Source: Batkoa obscura (Eukaryota). Taken from it: 51,718 nt of DNA. The translations under genes were made by a program, and so were the position numbers. Location of the stretch: assembly GCA_030770535.1 (NCBI GenBank), contig JASVEC010000019.1, forward strand, positions 930,001 through 981,718, given 5' to 3'. The notes beneath the pieces are model-generated. The model was not told the origin of the DNA, ran no database searches, and was given only the letters and a program-made list of their open reading frames with translations. This document shows, piece by piece, positions 24,235 through 37,269 of this stretch; positions within the stretch are counted from its first letter, which is position 1, and each line of letters begins with the position of its first letter.

Positions 24235-25082
24235 TTTATAAAAGTTTAAAAAATAAAATTAGATGAGTATTACCTTTGTTTAAATACTAGTAACTAGTAA
24301 CTCATAATTTATTCTTAAGATAAGAAGTTAGGTCATATCTATTATTTTTTAAAAACATCGCATTTCTATTAACTTTAAACGATATATTAAGCGGGTATTG
24401 ATTTCATAGTGTAATGATAATAGGGATTTTAAATAGGTATTATTTTAATTAAATTTGGTTTTAGTAAATAAATAATTTAGACCCTTTTTTTGTGATCTAT
24501 TTGATTAAACTAGAATATATTACATACACATAAAGCTATTGAGATTATTGGCTTATTTTTTATAAAATCGGTGAGTTTAAAGGCAAGTTAAAAGCTGAAA
24601 TATTTTTTTATAAATTTGAGGTTTTGACTCGTGAAATTTCAAAGACTAAGTCAAAAATCAAAAAAAATGTACTTTTTTTTTATTAATTTATATATATTTA
24701 AAGTAGTTTAAAATATTAATAAAAAGCCTGCTTTATTCAACAAAGAAGAGTCAGTCCACCTTCACTTTCTTGGTATTTGTGCTTAATTTACTTTTTTTGC
24801 AATAAATATTAAATTGGAAAAAAGTTAAGCCTTGAGCTCAAATTTACTCATAATAGTTTTATTACAAATAATCATTATGATTCATGTTTGTTTATTCTCA
24901 ACTTGCTAAAATATAACTTAAAATGATTTTATTACTATATTTAAATAATAATTATTTGCTTTATAATATACAAAATGTTGCATATCAAAGCATTATAAAA
25001 ATAATACCTATTTATTTTATCGCTAAGATCCATTGTTATAAATTCAAAATTTACCTTATTTAGAATTATTCAAGTATTATTT

Positions 25083-25179
25083 GGGAATGTATTTTTGTAT
25101 TTAAGAATTTTACTAACAATTTTTCCACTCAAATAGCGCTTAAAAGATGGAAAAAGTAATAAAACTAAAAAACATCTTC
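25083..25179 (+). mobile_element. MITE copy
   Basis: TSD ATTT/ATTT. Confidence 0.85.
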
Positions 25180-25457
25180 ATTTTCTATTAATATTATCTT
25201 CAATTAGTTTGATCGTTTAGTTTATTAAAGTTGAATATATAAGCCCTTTTGTAAAGAAAAAGTATTTGTATTTATTGTAATGTTATAATGCAGTAATACT
25301 ATATTAAAGTTTTAAAATACAAAATTAATTATTCTACTATTTAATAATAAATATCAAATTCTATTTAGAAAAGAAGTTAAAATAATGAAAATATTATCTA
25401 ATCAAAATTATAGAATAATGAACCATAATAATAAATTTGATATAATTTTTATTAAAA

Positions 25458-26516
25458 TTATAAAATAGGATTAGCTAATTCGAATATAAATCCTAAAGAA
25501 ATTTTAACAAATTCTGCCATATGATTATAATTGAGAAACTGAGTAGTATCGTTTTCAGTATGTAATCGAAAGTTTTTTACATCTTCAGCTGCACGGCAAG
25601 AAGGGTAATTAGTGCGATTGAAAGAAGCATGATCACTACAAGCATAGCCACATTTATCATCAAACCAAGGGTAAGTAGAATAATTTTGAATAATCAGTTT
25701 TAAATATTGAGTTAATTCCACATTTGTGTAATCATTAATAACTCGAACTTTATTCTTTTCATTATAACCTGTCATATCCAATTGTAACATGGCAATTACT
25801 TTTTTGTTATTTTTACTATAATCCTGTGCAATGTCTTGACTACCTAATAACCCAACTTCTTCTGCAGAATAAAATTGGAATTCAATGTTACGTTGAAATT
25901 TTAAATTACTTTTTAAAACAAGTCTTAATGTCTCTAATAATGTAGTTACACCACTTCCATCGTCATCAGCACCAGGGGCTTTACCGTTGCTTGGATTATT
26001 TGAGTTAATTGAATCTAAATGAGCACCAATAACAATGATTTCATCGTTGTTTGTTGCAGGTAGCTTTGCAATAACACTTGGTTGAAGCCAACTGTGATTG
26101 AAATGATTTAAAACAAGGTTATTATTATTTGGTAGTAAAGAAATATGCTGCTTTAAATAAACTGAAGCATCTAAACCATGGTTTGATTTATAATAACGAT
26201 TATGAAAGGAAGAGTAATTAGATAAGAAAGTTTGCATAAATTGCTGATTAATTAGACCAAAAGTATTATTTAATAATACATTGTGCTGTGTTTTAGTTGG
26301 AAAATAAAATTTACTACTACGTTGGTTTGGGGTATACAAAATGGGATGTGGATGTTCAGTAATATCAAAAAAATTAATGTTATTTTTAATTAAATCAAAT
26401 ATTTGGGCTTCATTTAACCATTTCCCATCCTCTTTTTCATTTAATTTAATTAATCTTAAATTATTGTTTGACAATACTAAATTTAATAAAATAGAGATTA
26501 ATAGCAAATACTTCAT
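25458..26516 (-). CDS. Secreted leucyl aminopeptidase (peptidase M28, Lap1-like)
   Basis: Signal peptide; zinc-binding motifs GAHLDS, GADDDGSG, AEEVGLLGS, QLDMTG, CSDHAS. Confidence 0.93.
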   Translation of the reverse strand: MKYLLLISILLNLVLSNNNLRLIKLNEKEDGKWLNEAQIFDLIKNNINFFDITEHPHPILYTPNQRSSKFYFPTKTQHNVLLNNTFGLINQQFMQTFLSNYSSFHNRYYKSNHGLDASVYLKQHISLLPNNNNLVLNHFNHSWLQPSVIAKLPATNNDEIIVIGAHLDSINSNNPSNGKAPGADDDGSGVTTLLETLRLVLKSNLKFQRNIEFQFYSAEEVGLLGSQDIAQDYSKNNKKVIAMLQLDMTGYNEKNKVRVINDYTNVELTQYLKLIIQNYSTYPWFDDKCGYACSDHASFNRTNYPSCRAAEDVKNFRLHTENDTTQFLNYNHMAEFVKISLGFIFELANPIL

Positions 26517-27184
26517 TATTGTGTTTTACAAAAGTGTTCTAATATTTGGTTTATTTATATACTTTATACTTGATTTATGTATCGGTTTATTATGACTTTA
26601 TTTCTAAAACCATATTCTCTAAAAGAAATCAACTGATTCTAAATATAACTATATAAAGTACAATTGTTTTAAATAAAATAAATATAATATTTAAATAAAT
26701 TACATAATCACATTGTAACATTATTTTAACTTACTTTTACTTTAATTGTCTTTATTTAATCATTTGATTTTTGAATCTAGACTTAAACAAGTTATTTCTT
26801 TGAATGATTAGTTCCAAAATAATTTGTACTTTGAATGGCCAATTATACTATAATTCATAATTATAATAAGTTCATAAACTGTTTAAACAAAAATAATAAT
26901 ATAATTTTCATATCACAAAAACATGTTTACTGCTATTAAGTTTTCAAAGTAAACTGTAAATATGAATTAACATTGTTCCATTGACTTCCTTTAGTTACAC
27001 CTATTTATAGTTTTATATTATCAGATGCAAATTATTTTTAAAATGAATTTACTTTCTCTTTAATCTGATTCTTGTATTTTTATATATAGTTATAATAAAA
27101 AATACAATATTATTAAAATAACAGTTTATTAAAAATATCAAAAACGTAAGGAATATATTGTAATAATGTTAGCAAAACCTCTTT

Positions 27185-30100
27185 TTAAAAGTCCAAGAAT
27201 TTAAACGGATTTTTTTTCTTTTTCTTTTTCTCTTCGGGTGCAGGGAATGGTTTATAATTATTATTATTTACTACTGGAATTGGTTGTTGATAAGTATTAT
27301 TACTATTTGTTGGTACATTAGGTTGTGGAAATGAAAATCCTTCAAAATTAGGTTGAATTGGTGGCTGACTTTGTATCCTTGATGGTAAAGGTGGCGGTAA
27401 ATTCGATGTATAATTACTTGGCATGTCTAATGGTTTATTCGGTAATGGGGGTGGTACAATAGAGCTAGTACTGATATTATAATTACTGTTATAATTATTA
27501 TTATAGCTATTACTATTATAGCTATTACTATTATAGCTATTATTATTATGACTATGACTACTACTATAACTATTGCTGTTATGATTGTAATTGTTATAAC
27601 TATTGGTATTAGGGGTATAGTTGTTTGTATTGGTATTACTATTAGGAATATAATTACTTACTGATACTGAAGGTTGTGGTGCAAAAGTATTGTTAGTGCT
27701 ATATTTGTTAGGCGGATATGCCATTGCCGGAGGTGGATGGTAAACTTGATTGAATACAAAACCAAGGGGCTGTTGTTGTACTTCAGTATAATTGATTGCT
27801 GGAGGATAGATTGGTCCAGTATTATATACTCCTCCTCCTGTCAATGTCTCATTATTGTTGTAAACAGGAGATTGATATGAGCTGCTATTATAATATGGGG
27901 TCGTATAATAAGGAGAGCCTATAGGTGAATCCATATTGGGCTTTCCAGTTATACTATGATTCAATTGGGATACGGTTTGTGCTTGCCCATGGATATTAAC
28001 TTGGGTAACTGATGTAGTAGGATGAGAAGATAAATGTGGTTGGCTTTGACTATTGTTAGCATACACCTGTGTAGTATTAGTAGATATTTGTAATGAATGT
28101 GGTATATTTGTATTTTGGTTATAGTTCAATTCATTATTATTTATTGAGTTTTGGTGTTGAACTGGTTTATAAGGTACCTGCCCTTGATTTTGTTGACTAT
28201 AATGGTCAATAGGAGGTGAGCTTTGATTGACTTGGTTTTGATATAAACTTGAATTTTGGCTTCCAGATATGCTGCTTTGAGGCTGTGGTGGTATATTATG
28301 AGTTTGAACATGCACCTGTTGCTGTGATACAGCTGTCGATGAAATTGGTTGACTTTGATTACTAGTTATATTTTGTGTTTGTGGCGATACATTATGGGCT
28401 TGAGTATATATCTGTTGGTGTGGTTCAACTGTTGGTAGAATTGAGTGACCTTGATTACTGGTTACGTTTTGAGCTTGTGTCACTATATCCTGAGTTTGTG
28501 ATACCACGTGGGCCTGGATATGTGCCTGTTGCTGTGGCTTAGCTGTCGACAAAATTGGATAACTTTGATTATTGGTCACATTTTGATTGATGGGATGAGT
28601 TAAGGGTGTCTGAGATATATGAGTGCTTTGAACAAGGCTATCTGGGATAGCTTGGATTTGTTGGTCCATTGATGGCTGCAGTTGATTGGTGACTATATTT
28701 TCAGCTGAAGTTTGAGCTTGGTGGGAACTTGAAGAAGGTTGGTTTATTGATGTACTATTATCTGTATTATAAACAGTATTTTGTGTATGAACTTGTTGAC
28801 CCACCGGTACTATATTTTGATATACTTGGTTCTGGGGGCTAGTTACAGTTGAAGGAGCATGATTTTCATTCAAGGCTGGGTTTTGTTCTTGACTAGTAAT
28901 TGAATGTGTTTCAGCAACTATAGCATTATTGGATATCAGTTTAGCGTGATGATCTTGGCTGAATTGCTCTTGGTTTACTTTTTGGCTATTTAGCTGGATA
29001 TCATGTGTATTTTGATGAATTTGAAGTGGATTATAAATTGGGTTATTTTGTGCTTGAGTCACATGATTCACCTGAGTAGTTGGGCTGATGTTTATAGGAT
29101 ACATTTGACTTACTTGGGGACTTGATATTTGATTCTCAGTGTTATTTATAGATGAGTTAATTCTATCGTTAGATGGTACCTCATTCTCAACTAAATGTGG
29201 ATGTGTTGAAACATTATCTTGATTTGTTACATGTTGTAAATTTTGTTTGTTTTTTCTTGCTTCAAGTTGTGCTTTCAATTGTGCCTGGAAACTAGATTGT
29301 GGTATATCACTTGGTGTTGTAGTAACTTCATTTTGGTTAAAGTGAGCATTTGATGCTGCAGCATTTGCTATTCCAGCTGCTACGTTTGCACTTATATGTG
29401 CGGGTATATAAGGCTCATTTACTATCTGGACATCGGTTTGTTTTGCTTCTTCTAGCTTTTGTTGATGATGATCTACTGCTTGATTATGATATTGATTTAT
29501 CATATTACCTTCTGAAGGCTGAGATGGATTAAGATGATTTTTAGATTCGTTTTTTATACTTCCTGTGTTATCTGATGGTGGGGTAAAGTCGTTGGCTTTC
29601 AAAGGAGCTGCAATTTCCCCAATATTGCCAGTTATCCCCGAAACTATCTTATTAGGATGTTGGTTGCTATCCTCTGAAGTATTTGGTGAACTTGCTTGAT
29701 CATTAATGTTTATACTCTGCAAACTCTGAGTTAGACCCTCGACAGTTGAACTTTGGTTAATAACAACACCCTCTGGCTTTGAATTTGAACTTTTTTCATT
29801 ATCAATTTTTTCTTCTTGACCGCTATGGGTCTCATCAACTTTGACAGAACTGATAGCATTAACGTTTGGGATATCTGGAGTTGACATATCCTGAATGTTG
29901 GAGGGTGTTTGAACGACATTTACTGGTTGAACTTTTTCTAAATCAACTACCTCAGTTTGATTTTTATCATCAAGTGTTGTTTTTTGATTATTCAAACTAT
30001 CTATATTATTTGCTTTAACAGTATTTCCTGGAGAGTTTATTGGCTGAGGCCCAGTAATAGGCTTGCTAGGCGGTGAAGTTTTAACCTCAGGTACCATTGC

Positions 30101-30532
30101 TAATGTTTCAACTCCCTGTGCATATTTTTTGGCGATACCATTTTGGGTATAAAAGGTTAGTTCTAAATAAACCTCACCTGCTGGATTACCTCGATCATAC
30201 AATTTAAACCATCCATCGCATTCACCTGTTTTATAAACAGGCCCTAAATCAACTGCACACTCACCAATAAATTGCTCTTTCCTCTTCCATTCATCATCAA
30301 AACATTTTATTTTCATTATAGTTTCTACAGGGTCACGTAATCTCTCGAATCTTAACCTGTTATTCCATTCTGGTCTTGTTCCACCGTTTTTATCAACTTT
30401 GGTACGATGTACTTGTTCACCAATATGAAAGGTTAGAAATGGATCTTGCTTTTTAAAAAAATCTTTGTTAGGTAAATTACGCCCTTGTATTGCCAAAATT
30501 TCCAAAACAACAATATCATTTTTCTTTATCAT
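27185..30532 (-). CDS. C2-domain protein with long Q/N/P-rich tail, Fic1/Inn1-like cytokinesis ingression factor
   Basis: N-terminal C2 domain (KQDPF, TKVDKNGGTRPEWN, AGEVYLELTFY); C-terminal PPPLPxK/R SH3-ligand motifs; polybasic end. Confidence 0.75.
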   Translation of the reverse strand: MIKKNDIVVLEILAIQGRNLPNKDFFKKQDPFLTFHIGEQVHRTKVDKNGGTRPEWNNRLRFERLRDPVETIMKIKCFDDEWKRKEQFIGECAVDLGPVYKTGECDGWFKLYDRGNPAGEVYLELTFYTQNGIAKKYAQGVETLAMVPEVKTSPPSKPITGPQPINSPGNTVKANNIDSLNNQKTTLDDKNQTEVVDLEKVQPVNVVQTPSNIQDMSTPDIPNVNAISSVKVDETHSGQEEKIDNEKSSNSKPEGVVINQSSTVEGLTQSLQSININDQASSPNTSEDSNQHPNKIVSGITGNIGEIAAPLKANDFTPPSDNTGSIKNESKNHLNPSQPSEGNMINQYHNQAVDHHQQKLEEAKQTDVQIVNEPYIPAHISANVAAGIANAAASNAHFNQNEVTTTPSDIPQSSFQAQLKAQLEARKNKQNLQHVTNQDNVSTHPHLVENEVPSNDRINSSINNTENQISSPQVSQMYPINISPTTQVNHVTQAQNNPIYNPLQIHQNTHDIQLNSQKVNQEQFSQDHHAKLISNNAIVAETHSITSQEQNPALNENHAPSTVTSPQNQVYQNIVPVGQQVHTQNTVYNTDNSTSINQPSSSSHQAQTSAENIVTNQLQPSMDQQIQAIPDSLVQSTHISQTPLTHPINQNVTNNQSYPILSTAKPQQQAHIQAHVVSQTQDIVTQAQNVTSNQGHSILPTVEPHQQIYTQAHNVSPQTQNITSNQSQPISSTAVSQQQVHVQTHNIPPQPQSSISGSQNSSLYQNQVNQSSPPIDHYSQQNQGQVPYKPVQHQNSINNNELNYNQNTNIPHSLQISTNTTQVYANNSQSQPHLSSHPTTSVTQVNIHGQAQTVSQLNHSITGKPNMDSPIGSPYYTTPYYNSSSYQSPVYNNNETLTGGGVYNTGPIYPPAINYTEVQQQPLGFVFNQVYHPPPAMAYPPNKYSTNNTFAPQPSVSVSNYIPNSNTNTNNYTPNTNSYNNYNHNSNSYSSSHSHNNNSYNSNSYNSNSYNNNYNSNYNISTSSIVPPPLPNKPLDMPSNYTSNLPPPLPSRIQSQPPIQPNFEGFSFPQPNVPTNSNNTYQQPIPVVNNNNYKPFPAPEEKKKKKKNPFKFLDF

Positions 30533-31918
30533 TATAATTTTTTCTATTTATTTTGATTTATTAAATATAAAAAGTTATTATAAGATATATTACCTTAATC
30601 GCTATTAAAAATGCTTCCAAACCTAATTTTTCTTGTCATGAAATCATGGTGCTAAATAACGGTAAAATTTTATTGGTCATTTACTTAAAATAAATCATTA
30701 CTAATTAGCCATTATTCATAGTAATGCAATCTTTTACATTTATTGATATTATAAATAGACATTTGTTATTGAAATACTTTAAGGATTTTTAATAACAATA
30801 AATTAACTCATATTACTTTATAAGCCTATTTTTTATATAATATCATAATAAAATTATTTCAACCGAAGCAGTCCATTAAATGCCAGCTAAAAATCATTTG
30901 AATATCGAAGTGATTCATTGGTTTTTATAAAAATTGGTCACTATCTGATTTCTCCACACTCTTAACTTCTGGTTGCTGGTTTGAATTTTTGATATCTCTT
31001 TATTCTATTAGCATAGAGGCATATATTATTTGCAATAAGATTTTGCATTTCTTGTATATTTATGTGAAAGCTATGCTTCAAATTATACTAATTATAAAGG
31101 ATATAGTATAATCTAAGTTTAATATCATACTATTAAAATAATGTAAAAAAACATTAAAAATTTTAATTTCTCAAAATGCTTATTTAGACATCATTACTTA
31201 TTATTGAAAGTATATATAGTTATTTTATAAATAAAAAATCGGGGTCAGCTAATAATTGGATTTAGTAAAGCAAATAATAAGCATATCTTTCCTTGATGTT
31301 TTTATCAAAAAACAGATTTGCCATTTACTAAAATATAAAGAAATCAATATAAAAGCTGTCATTTAAATGCTCACTTTTTTCGCTTTTTATAAAAGTACTT
31401 GAATGATTCTTATTTTTTGTCTAGATTTGATTTTTGTTTTTTCACGAATACTTTTTTATTTTGATCAGAATCTTTCTAACTTTTGACAAATATTATTTGA
31501 TTTTTTGATCAGAATATACTAAAAGGATTTATCATCCATAGTTTTTGTATTAATAAGAGGCGCTTGTCTCAACTATCTGTATTATATTTCAAAAGTTAAA
31601 CATTCAATTGGAATAACACTTTAGATATTTTAATTTAACACTTTATGATTATAGTATACAAAATTTTGATAAATGATAATGTTATGCTGGATGATTAAAG
31701 GAAAATTCTAGAAATATAGCTATATATTTATTTCTATCTATTTTTATTTATTAAAATTATGTCAAATAATACTCGAAATTAAAATGATGTCATGGTTTTG
31801 CTAATAGAATTAACCACGATTAAAATTTATAGAATAACATCAACAAATCTTATTTATCATATTACAGATAATGTAGTAATAAAGCAAATTCGGGATTAAA
31901 CCTTAAAGACAAGTATAT

Positions 31919-32016
31919 GGGGATGTATTTTTGTATTTAAGGATTTTACTGACAATTTTTCCACATAAATAGCGCTTAAAAAATGGAAAAATAATGAAAC
32001 TAAAAAAAACAGCCCC
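31919..32016 (+). mobile_element. MITE copy
   Basis: TSD ATAT/ATAT; GGGG...CCCC ends. Confidence 0.9.
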
Positions 32017-32971
32017 ATATAATCTAAAGCCGGACTATCCGTTTAAAACAAATATATAAATTTTCAATATAATACAATCAAGAGATTCATTAGAATGGTA
32101 TATTATTGCTTTCTTTTTGAAGTTTCATCTTCAAGTTGTTCACTTCTTATATCCTTTGATATAGATAGAAAAAATAATAACATAATGCCAAGTTACCCTT
32201 TTTATTATGATATTGTCATTGAATTATTTATCAAGATAAAACTTTATTGGACATGTCAATAATTAATTATTCTAAAGTAATAAAGCTATTAAGGTTGATT
32301 ACTTAACTAAGGCTAAGTAAAATGTAATAACCGATTTTTCTCCAAAAGTTGATCATCATACATTAAAAATGTACACCTGTTGAGTAGGCTTATAGTGAGA
32401 TTCAAATAAAAGATTGATTTTCCTGCTACAAAGGGAAACAAATTATAATTAAAATTGTTATATATAATTAGCGTTATTAATATCCTATCATGTGTATATA
32501 AACCCTGGTTTAAAATGTTGAATTATTTTAATTTTTTTCATTAGCCCATTTTGAAGTAATTTTCTCGGGAACAATTGGTTGGCTTGAAGTAGAACTTCTC
32601 ATTAATTTATTTATTCTTTAATAATGATATCTCCTGATCATTTTGTTAAACTCTAATAAACAACCCTATTTAATTATGATGATGTCACTTTTAGGCTTTT
32701 CTTTATTTAAGCAGGTGACTTTAACTAAAATTGACCAAAAGAGTCCTCATTTAGATACAATGATATCATAAGTCTATAGCTAATTTTATAAAATATACCC
32801 ACTGATGTTAGATGTAATTAGATAGATGATCATAGGGCATATACAGGGATTTATTCTAAAATGTATCAAAAATTGAACTATATAAATAAGTTATGTGGAT
32901 CTAATTAATTATAATAAACTTAAAAAAAACAAACTTTTTACTGATTGTATATAATATATTTATTTAAAATA

Positions 32972-34370
32972 ATGGGGAAAGATCATGGTAGTGAAATCAG
33001 TAATGAATTTAACTCGGAAGTAAATCAAGTAGCTTGTGAAAAGTCAATTACAAGTAATAAGCAAGATGAACATCGTACAGGGTCTAGCTTTGGAGCTTAC
33101 TTTAACATAGTGTGTGTTGTTGCTGGTACCGGAACTTTAGGATTGCCTTATGCTATACATACTGGTGGTTGGGTAACACTGGTTCTATTTTTTATTGCTG
33201 CAATATTAGCTATGTATACAGGAAAATTACTAATTGAGTGCCTTTATTACAAACCGTAAGTATTATTATATAATATCATTTAAACATTTATTTATTATTT
33301 TTAATAGAGGTGAAAGACTAGAAGAGTTTCCTGATATTGGAGAAGCTGCTTTTGGTAAATTTGGAAGATATTTTGTCAAAGTATTTCACTATTCTATTTT
33401 GCTTTCGTGTGCTTGTCTTTATATACTTTTAACTGGACTAAATATTCATAAGGTTTCTACAAATCTTAACAATAATACTGAAATATTGTCTCAACAAATT
33501 TGGACTTTATTAGCTGGTATTATAATTATCATACCAACTACTTTATTGAAAACTTTAAAAGAAGTTGCTTGGTTGGCTGCTTTTGGTGCCTTTGCAACCT
33601 TTGCGGTTGTTATAGCAGTAGTTGTTGTAGGGGGATTGGAAATGAGCTCAGTGGGGTATGTACAGCCAAGTACCAAAGTTGTAGAGTGGTCGGGACTACC
33701 TTTGGCCATGGCTACTATTGCATTTTCATATAGTGGTAATGTTGTTTACCCACATGTTGAAGTTGGAATGAAGAGCCCAAAACGTTGGAATTTTGTATTA
33801 TTAGGCGCGATTGTAACTATTACAACTATGTATGTAATAGTAGGTGTTGCTGGATATTTAGTATATGGAAGTGATGTAAAATCCCCTATAATTGATTCTT
33901 TATTAGAATCTGCATCCTATAAAGCAGGTGCAATATTTGCTTATCTTGTTATTACACTCCACGTTATTTTAGCTGCGCCTATTTATTTATGTTCGTTTTG
34001 TTTAGAACAAGAAAGTTGGTTAAAGATAGATCGTAAATATATGTCAGCTACTCGTGAATTAATATTTAGAGCTATTTTAAGAACAGTAGTTGGGCTTGTG
34101 CTTACAGTTATTGCTATTTATGTCCCATATTTCAACGATCTCATGGCTTTGATAGGGGCGGTATCCAACTGTATAATTATCTTTTTAGTACCACTAGCAT
34201 GTCATTATAAATTATTTGGATTTAAAAATAGAGCAATCTGGGAATATGTTTTAAGTACATTATGTGTTATTGTTGGAGTATTGGGACTTATTTTAGGTTC
34301 AATTGATTCTGTTAAAAATTTAATTGCAGATTTTGAAGGAACTAGAGTTATGACTTCAGCTGGGCATTAA
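32972..34370 (+). CDS. Amino-acid transporter (Aa_trans/AAAP family), third paralogue
   Basis: Exons 32972-33255 and 33308-34370; intron GTAAGT...TAG at the conserved KP|G position. Confidence 0.92.
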
Positions 34371-34752
34371 TAAATAATTTAAATAATCTTATTATAAACA
34401 TATATATGAGATTTAGTTTAATCTTATAATTTTACAATTTCTAATACCTTCTAATTATAAAAATTAAATACCAGCTCATCGATAATGCAAATACTATATA
34501 AATAGTTTAGTCATCCCTTAAAAGATATAGTATGACCTTTTTATTTCATCATTTGACTAATAACTCTTTTAAAATTATATAGGGATATATTTTTGTATGA
34601 AAATTAATAAAAAAACAGTAGGTTTAATTTTTCAATTATAGAATTCTAAAATGGATACTTTGAGTTTAAAAAAGTGAAAAATAATTTATATTTAAAAATT
34701 ATTAAATTTATTATAGCTATATTCGAAACCAAATACCGCGCCTGAGAACTAT

Positions 34753-35856
34753 TTAATTTCTTGGTTCAGATAATTCAATCGTATATGCAAGTCCTAAACG
34801 AGCAAATTGGTACCAATGATCAAAGTTAACATTTGCAACTGTGTCATTTTCGGTATGAATGTATGGTGTTGATTTATCTTCTAATGGGAATGCAGATCGG
34901 TAACCTTGCTCATTCCATGAAGCATGATCTGAGCACCCATAGCCACATTTACCATCCACCCAATAATATTCAGTATATGCTTCAATAAGTCTTTTAACTA
35001 AAGCATTAAGTTCTGGGTCAGTGAAATCATTTACAATACGTATTTGTCTATTGACTAAATGGCCATTCATATCTAATTGGAGTTGGGTTACAACATTTAC
35101 ATTCTTGTCTCTATACTCTTTAGCAATAGCACGTGACCCTCTTAAACCTACTTCTTCAGCAGCATACCATTGAAATTGTAATGTACGACGTGGCTTAAAG
35201 TTAATTTGAGCTAAAGCATTCAATGCTTGAAGCAAAGAAACGGTTCCAGTACCATCATCATCAGCACCAGGTGCACGGCCAGTTGCTCTTTCAGTACGGT
35301 TAATTGAATCTAAATGAGCCCCAATAATTACTACTTCATCTTTCAAATCAGATCCAGGAATTGTAGCAATAACCGAAGGCTGTGGCCAAGTGTGATTAAA
35401 GAACTTAATATTGGCACCATTACCAAGCTTATCTATGGAAAGTTTTGCTTGATTATGAATCCATTCTGCACTTTGAACCCCAGTACTAGCATTATAGTAA
35501 CGGTTATGATAGCTTGAAAGAGTTGTAAGTAAAGATTTTGCTTTTGTTTTAGATATATGTTGAATTCCTTTTCTAACCAAATCCCAATATCTAATATCAG
35601 ATGGAACTTCAAATTCAGTATCTAAAACCGACTTAATGCTAGATCTTTGAATACCAACATTATCTTCTTTATCATCAGTGATATCTATGAAATGGGTCCC
35701 TTCCTTAATAAGTTCTGAAACTTGATCATAATTTAACCACTTTGGAGCTCCATTTAAGGAAGTCTTGACTAGACGATTACCTTCACTTAAATCACCTTGA
35801 GATGGTTTACTAACGGCAGCACTTATAGCAACTAAACTTAATAAATGAAATTTCAT
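34753..35856 (-). CDS. Secreted leucyl aminopeptidase (peptidase M28, Lap1-like), second paralogue
   Basis: Signal peptide; GAHLDS, GADDDGTG, AEEVGLRGS, CSDHASW. Confidence 0.93.
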   Translation of the reverse strand: MKFHLLSLVAISAAVSKPSQGDLSEGNRLVKTSLNGAPKWLNYDQVSELIKEGTHFIDITDDKEDNVGIQRSSIKSVLDTEFEVPSDIRYWDLVRKGIQHISKTKAKSLLTTLSSYHNRYYNASTGVQSAEWIHNQAKLSIDKLGNGANIKFFNHTWPQPSVIATIPGSDLKDEVVIIGAHLDSINRTERATGRAPGADDDGTGTVSLLQALNALAQINFKPRRTLQFQWYAAEEVGLRGSRAIAKEYRDKNVNVVTQLQLDMNGHLVNRQIRIVNDFTDPELNALVKRLIEAYTEYYWVDGKCGYGCSDHASWNEQGYRSAFPLEDKSTPYIHTENDTVANVNFDHWYQFARLGLAYTIELSEPRN

Positions 35857-36590
35857 TATATTTATTTTTAAGGGTTATAATTTATAAAAATAAGAGTGCA
35901 ATTACTTTCTTTTTATACTAATATATGTCTATTATAAATAATTTGCTAAAATAACGCCATATATTAATATTCTTTAAGAATTCTATTTATTTTCTATTTA
36001 TCTATCTAAAAGGGATGATATGTCATACCATTTTTTTAATATATATATTAAAAAAATAATTTTGATTTAGCAAACTTGCCATTAAAATTATATTAAAGAA
36101 TAAAAGTTCAACTACATTTTATTCTTACCCAATACTACGCTATTTTGTATCAAATTAGCTAATTTTTAATCCAAATGCTAAAATTACTAATGAAAACTTG
36201 CAAAAGTTTGAATAAATTTGGAAGGCTTGTGTTTGTAGCTATAATATTATACCATGGTGGTAATAATTTATAATTTTAGTAAGCACAAGCAATGTGTACT
36301 TTAGAATAGCAATCTTTTATACTTTCATACTTTTCATTGTAATTGTAAAAATTTGTAGTGATTAATTTATATACACAGCAAAAAATTCCAATTTCAATTT
36401 TATTTTTTATTAAATTCTATTAAAACTTCAATATCAGTTTTTTAAAATAAATAAATTTCGTTGATAAGCAATAGTATAATAATTGCAATAAAATCAGATG
36501 CAAAATTAAAACTTTTTCAAAATCCTTAAAAGAGCGGAAAATTAGCATGCTTTGGTGTTAGATAATCGAGTCTAAAAACATATAGTATGT

Positions 36591-36687
36591 GAGGATGATT
36601 TTTTTAGTTTCATTACTTTTTTCATCTTTTAAGTGCTATTTAAGTGGAAAAATTGAGTAAAATTGTTAAATACAAAAATACATCCCC
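36591..36687 (-). mobile_element. MITE copy
   Basis: Flanks ATGT/ATAT; family core. Confidence 0.85.
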
Positions 36688-37073
36688 ATATAAACAACTA
36701 TTTTTGTTAGTAATTAATATTATACAAGAATCAAAAACAAATAAGAAATGAAATTCAATACTCTCACCATGTTTGATTATTAAACAACTGCTTTTCAGTT
36801 TTTTGTTACAGGAGTATAAGCATCAGTTTTTATCTTTTAATTAAATAAGATGTTTAATATGAAGATACAAAATATCTATAAAATCCTAAGAAAATTAACT
36901 TTTTCTATATATTATAGTAAGTAAAATTTATTATAAAAGGTTAATTGAACAAACTCGTAAACATTGATTGATAGTACTATAAAAAATAACAAAATAAGCT
37001 ATTTATTTTATTTAAATAATAGTAATATGACTATAAAGTTGTAATCTATTATTAAATACATGAATATCTATTT

Positions 37074-37269
37074 TGGGATATTTGATTTCATTACTTTCCA
37101 TTTTTTTAAAGCATTAGGGGATGTATTTTTGTGTTTAAGAATTTTACTAACAATCTTTTCACTCAAATAATGCTTAAAAGATGGAAAAAGTAATTAAGCC
37201 AAAAAAACATCCCCATTATTTAAGTGGAAAGATTATTAGTAAAATTCTTAAACAAAAAAATACATCCCC
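37074..37269 (-). mobile_element. MITE copy interrupted by a nested MITE
   Basis: Outer TSD ATTT/ATTT; the two halves rejoin to the family core. Confidence 0.85.
37117..37214 (+). mobile_element. Nested MITE copy
   Basis: TSD ATTA/ATTA (37113-37116 and 37215-37218). Confidence 0.9.

Noticed and set aside
26341..35517. Short ORFs overlapping real genes (26341, 27674, 29350, 29731, 33491, 33500, 35314; also 5912, 9321, 10326, 18999, 41463, 43777, 44370)
   Set aside because: Shadow frames of well-supported genes with no independent evidence.
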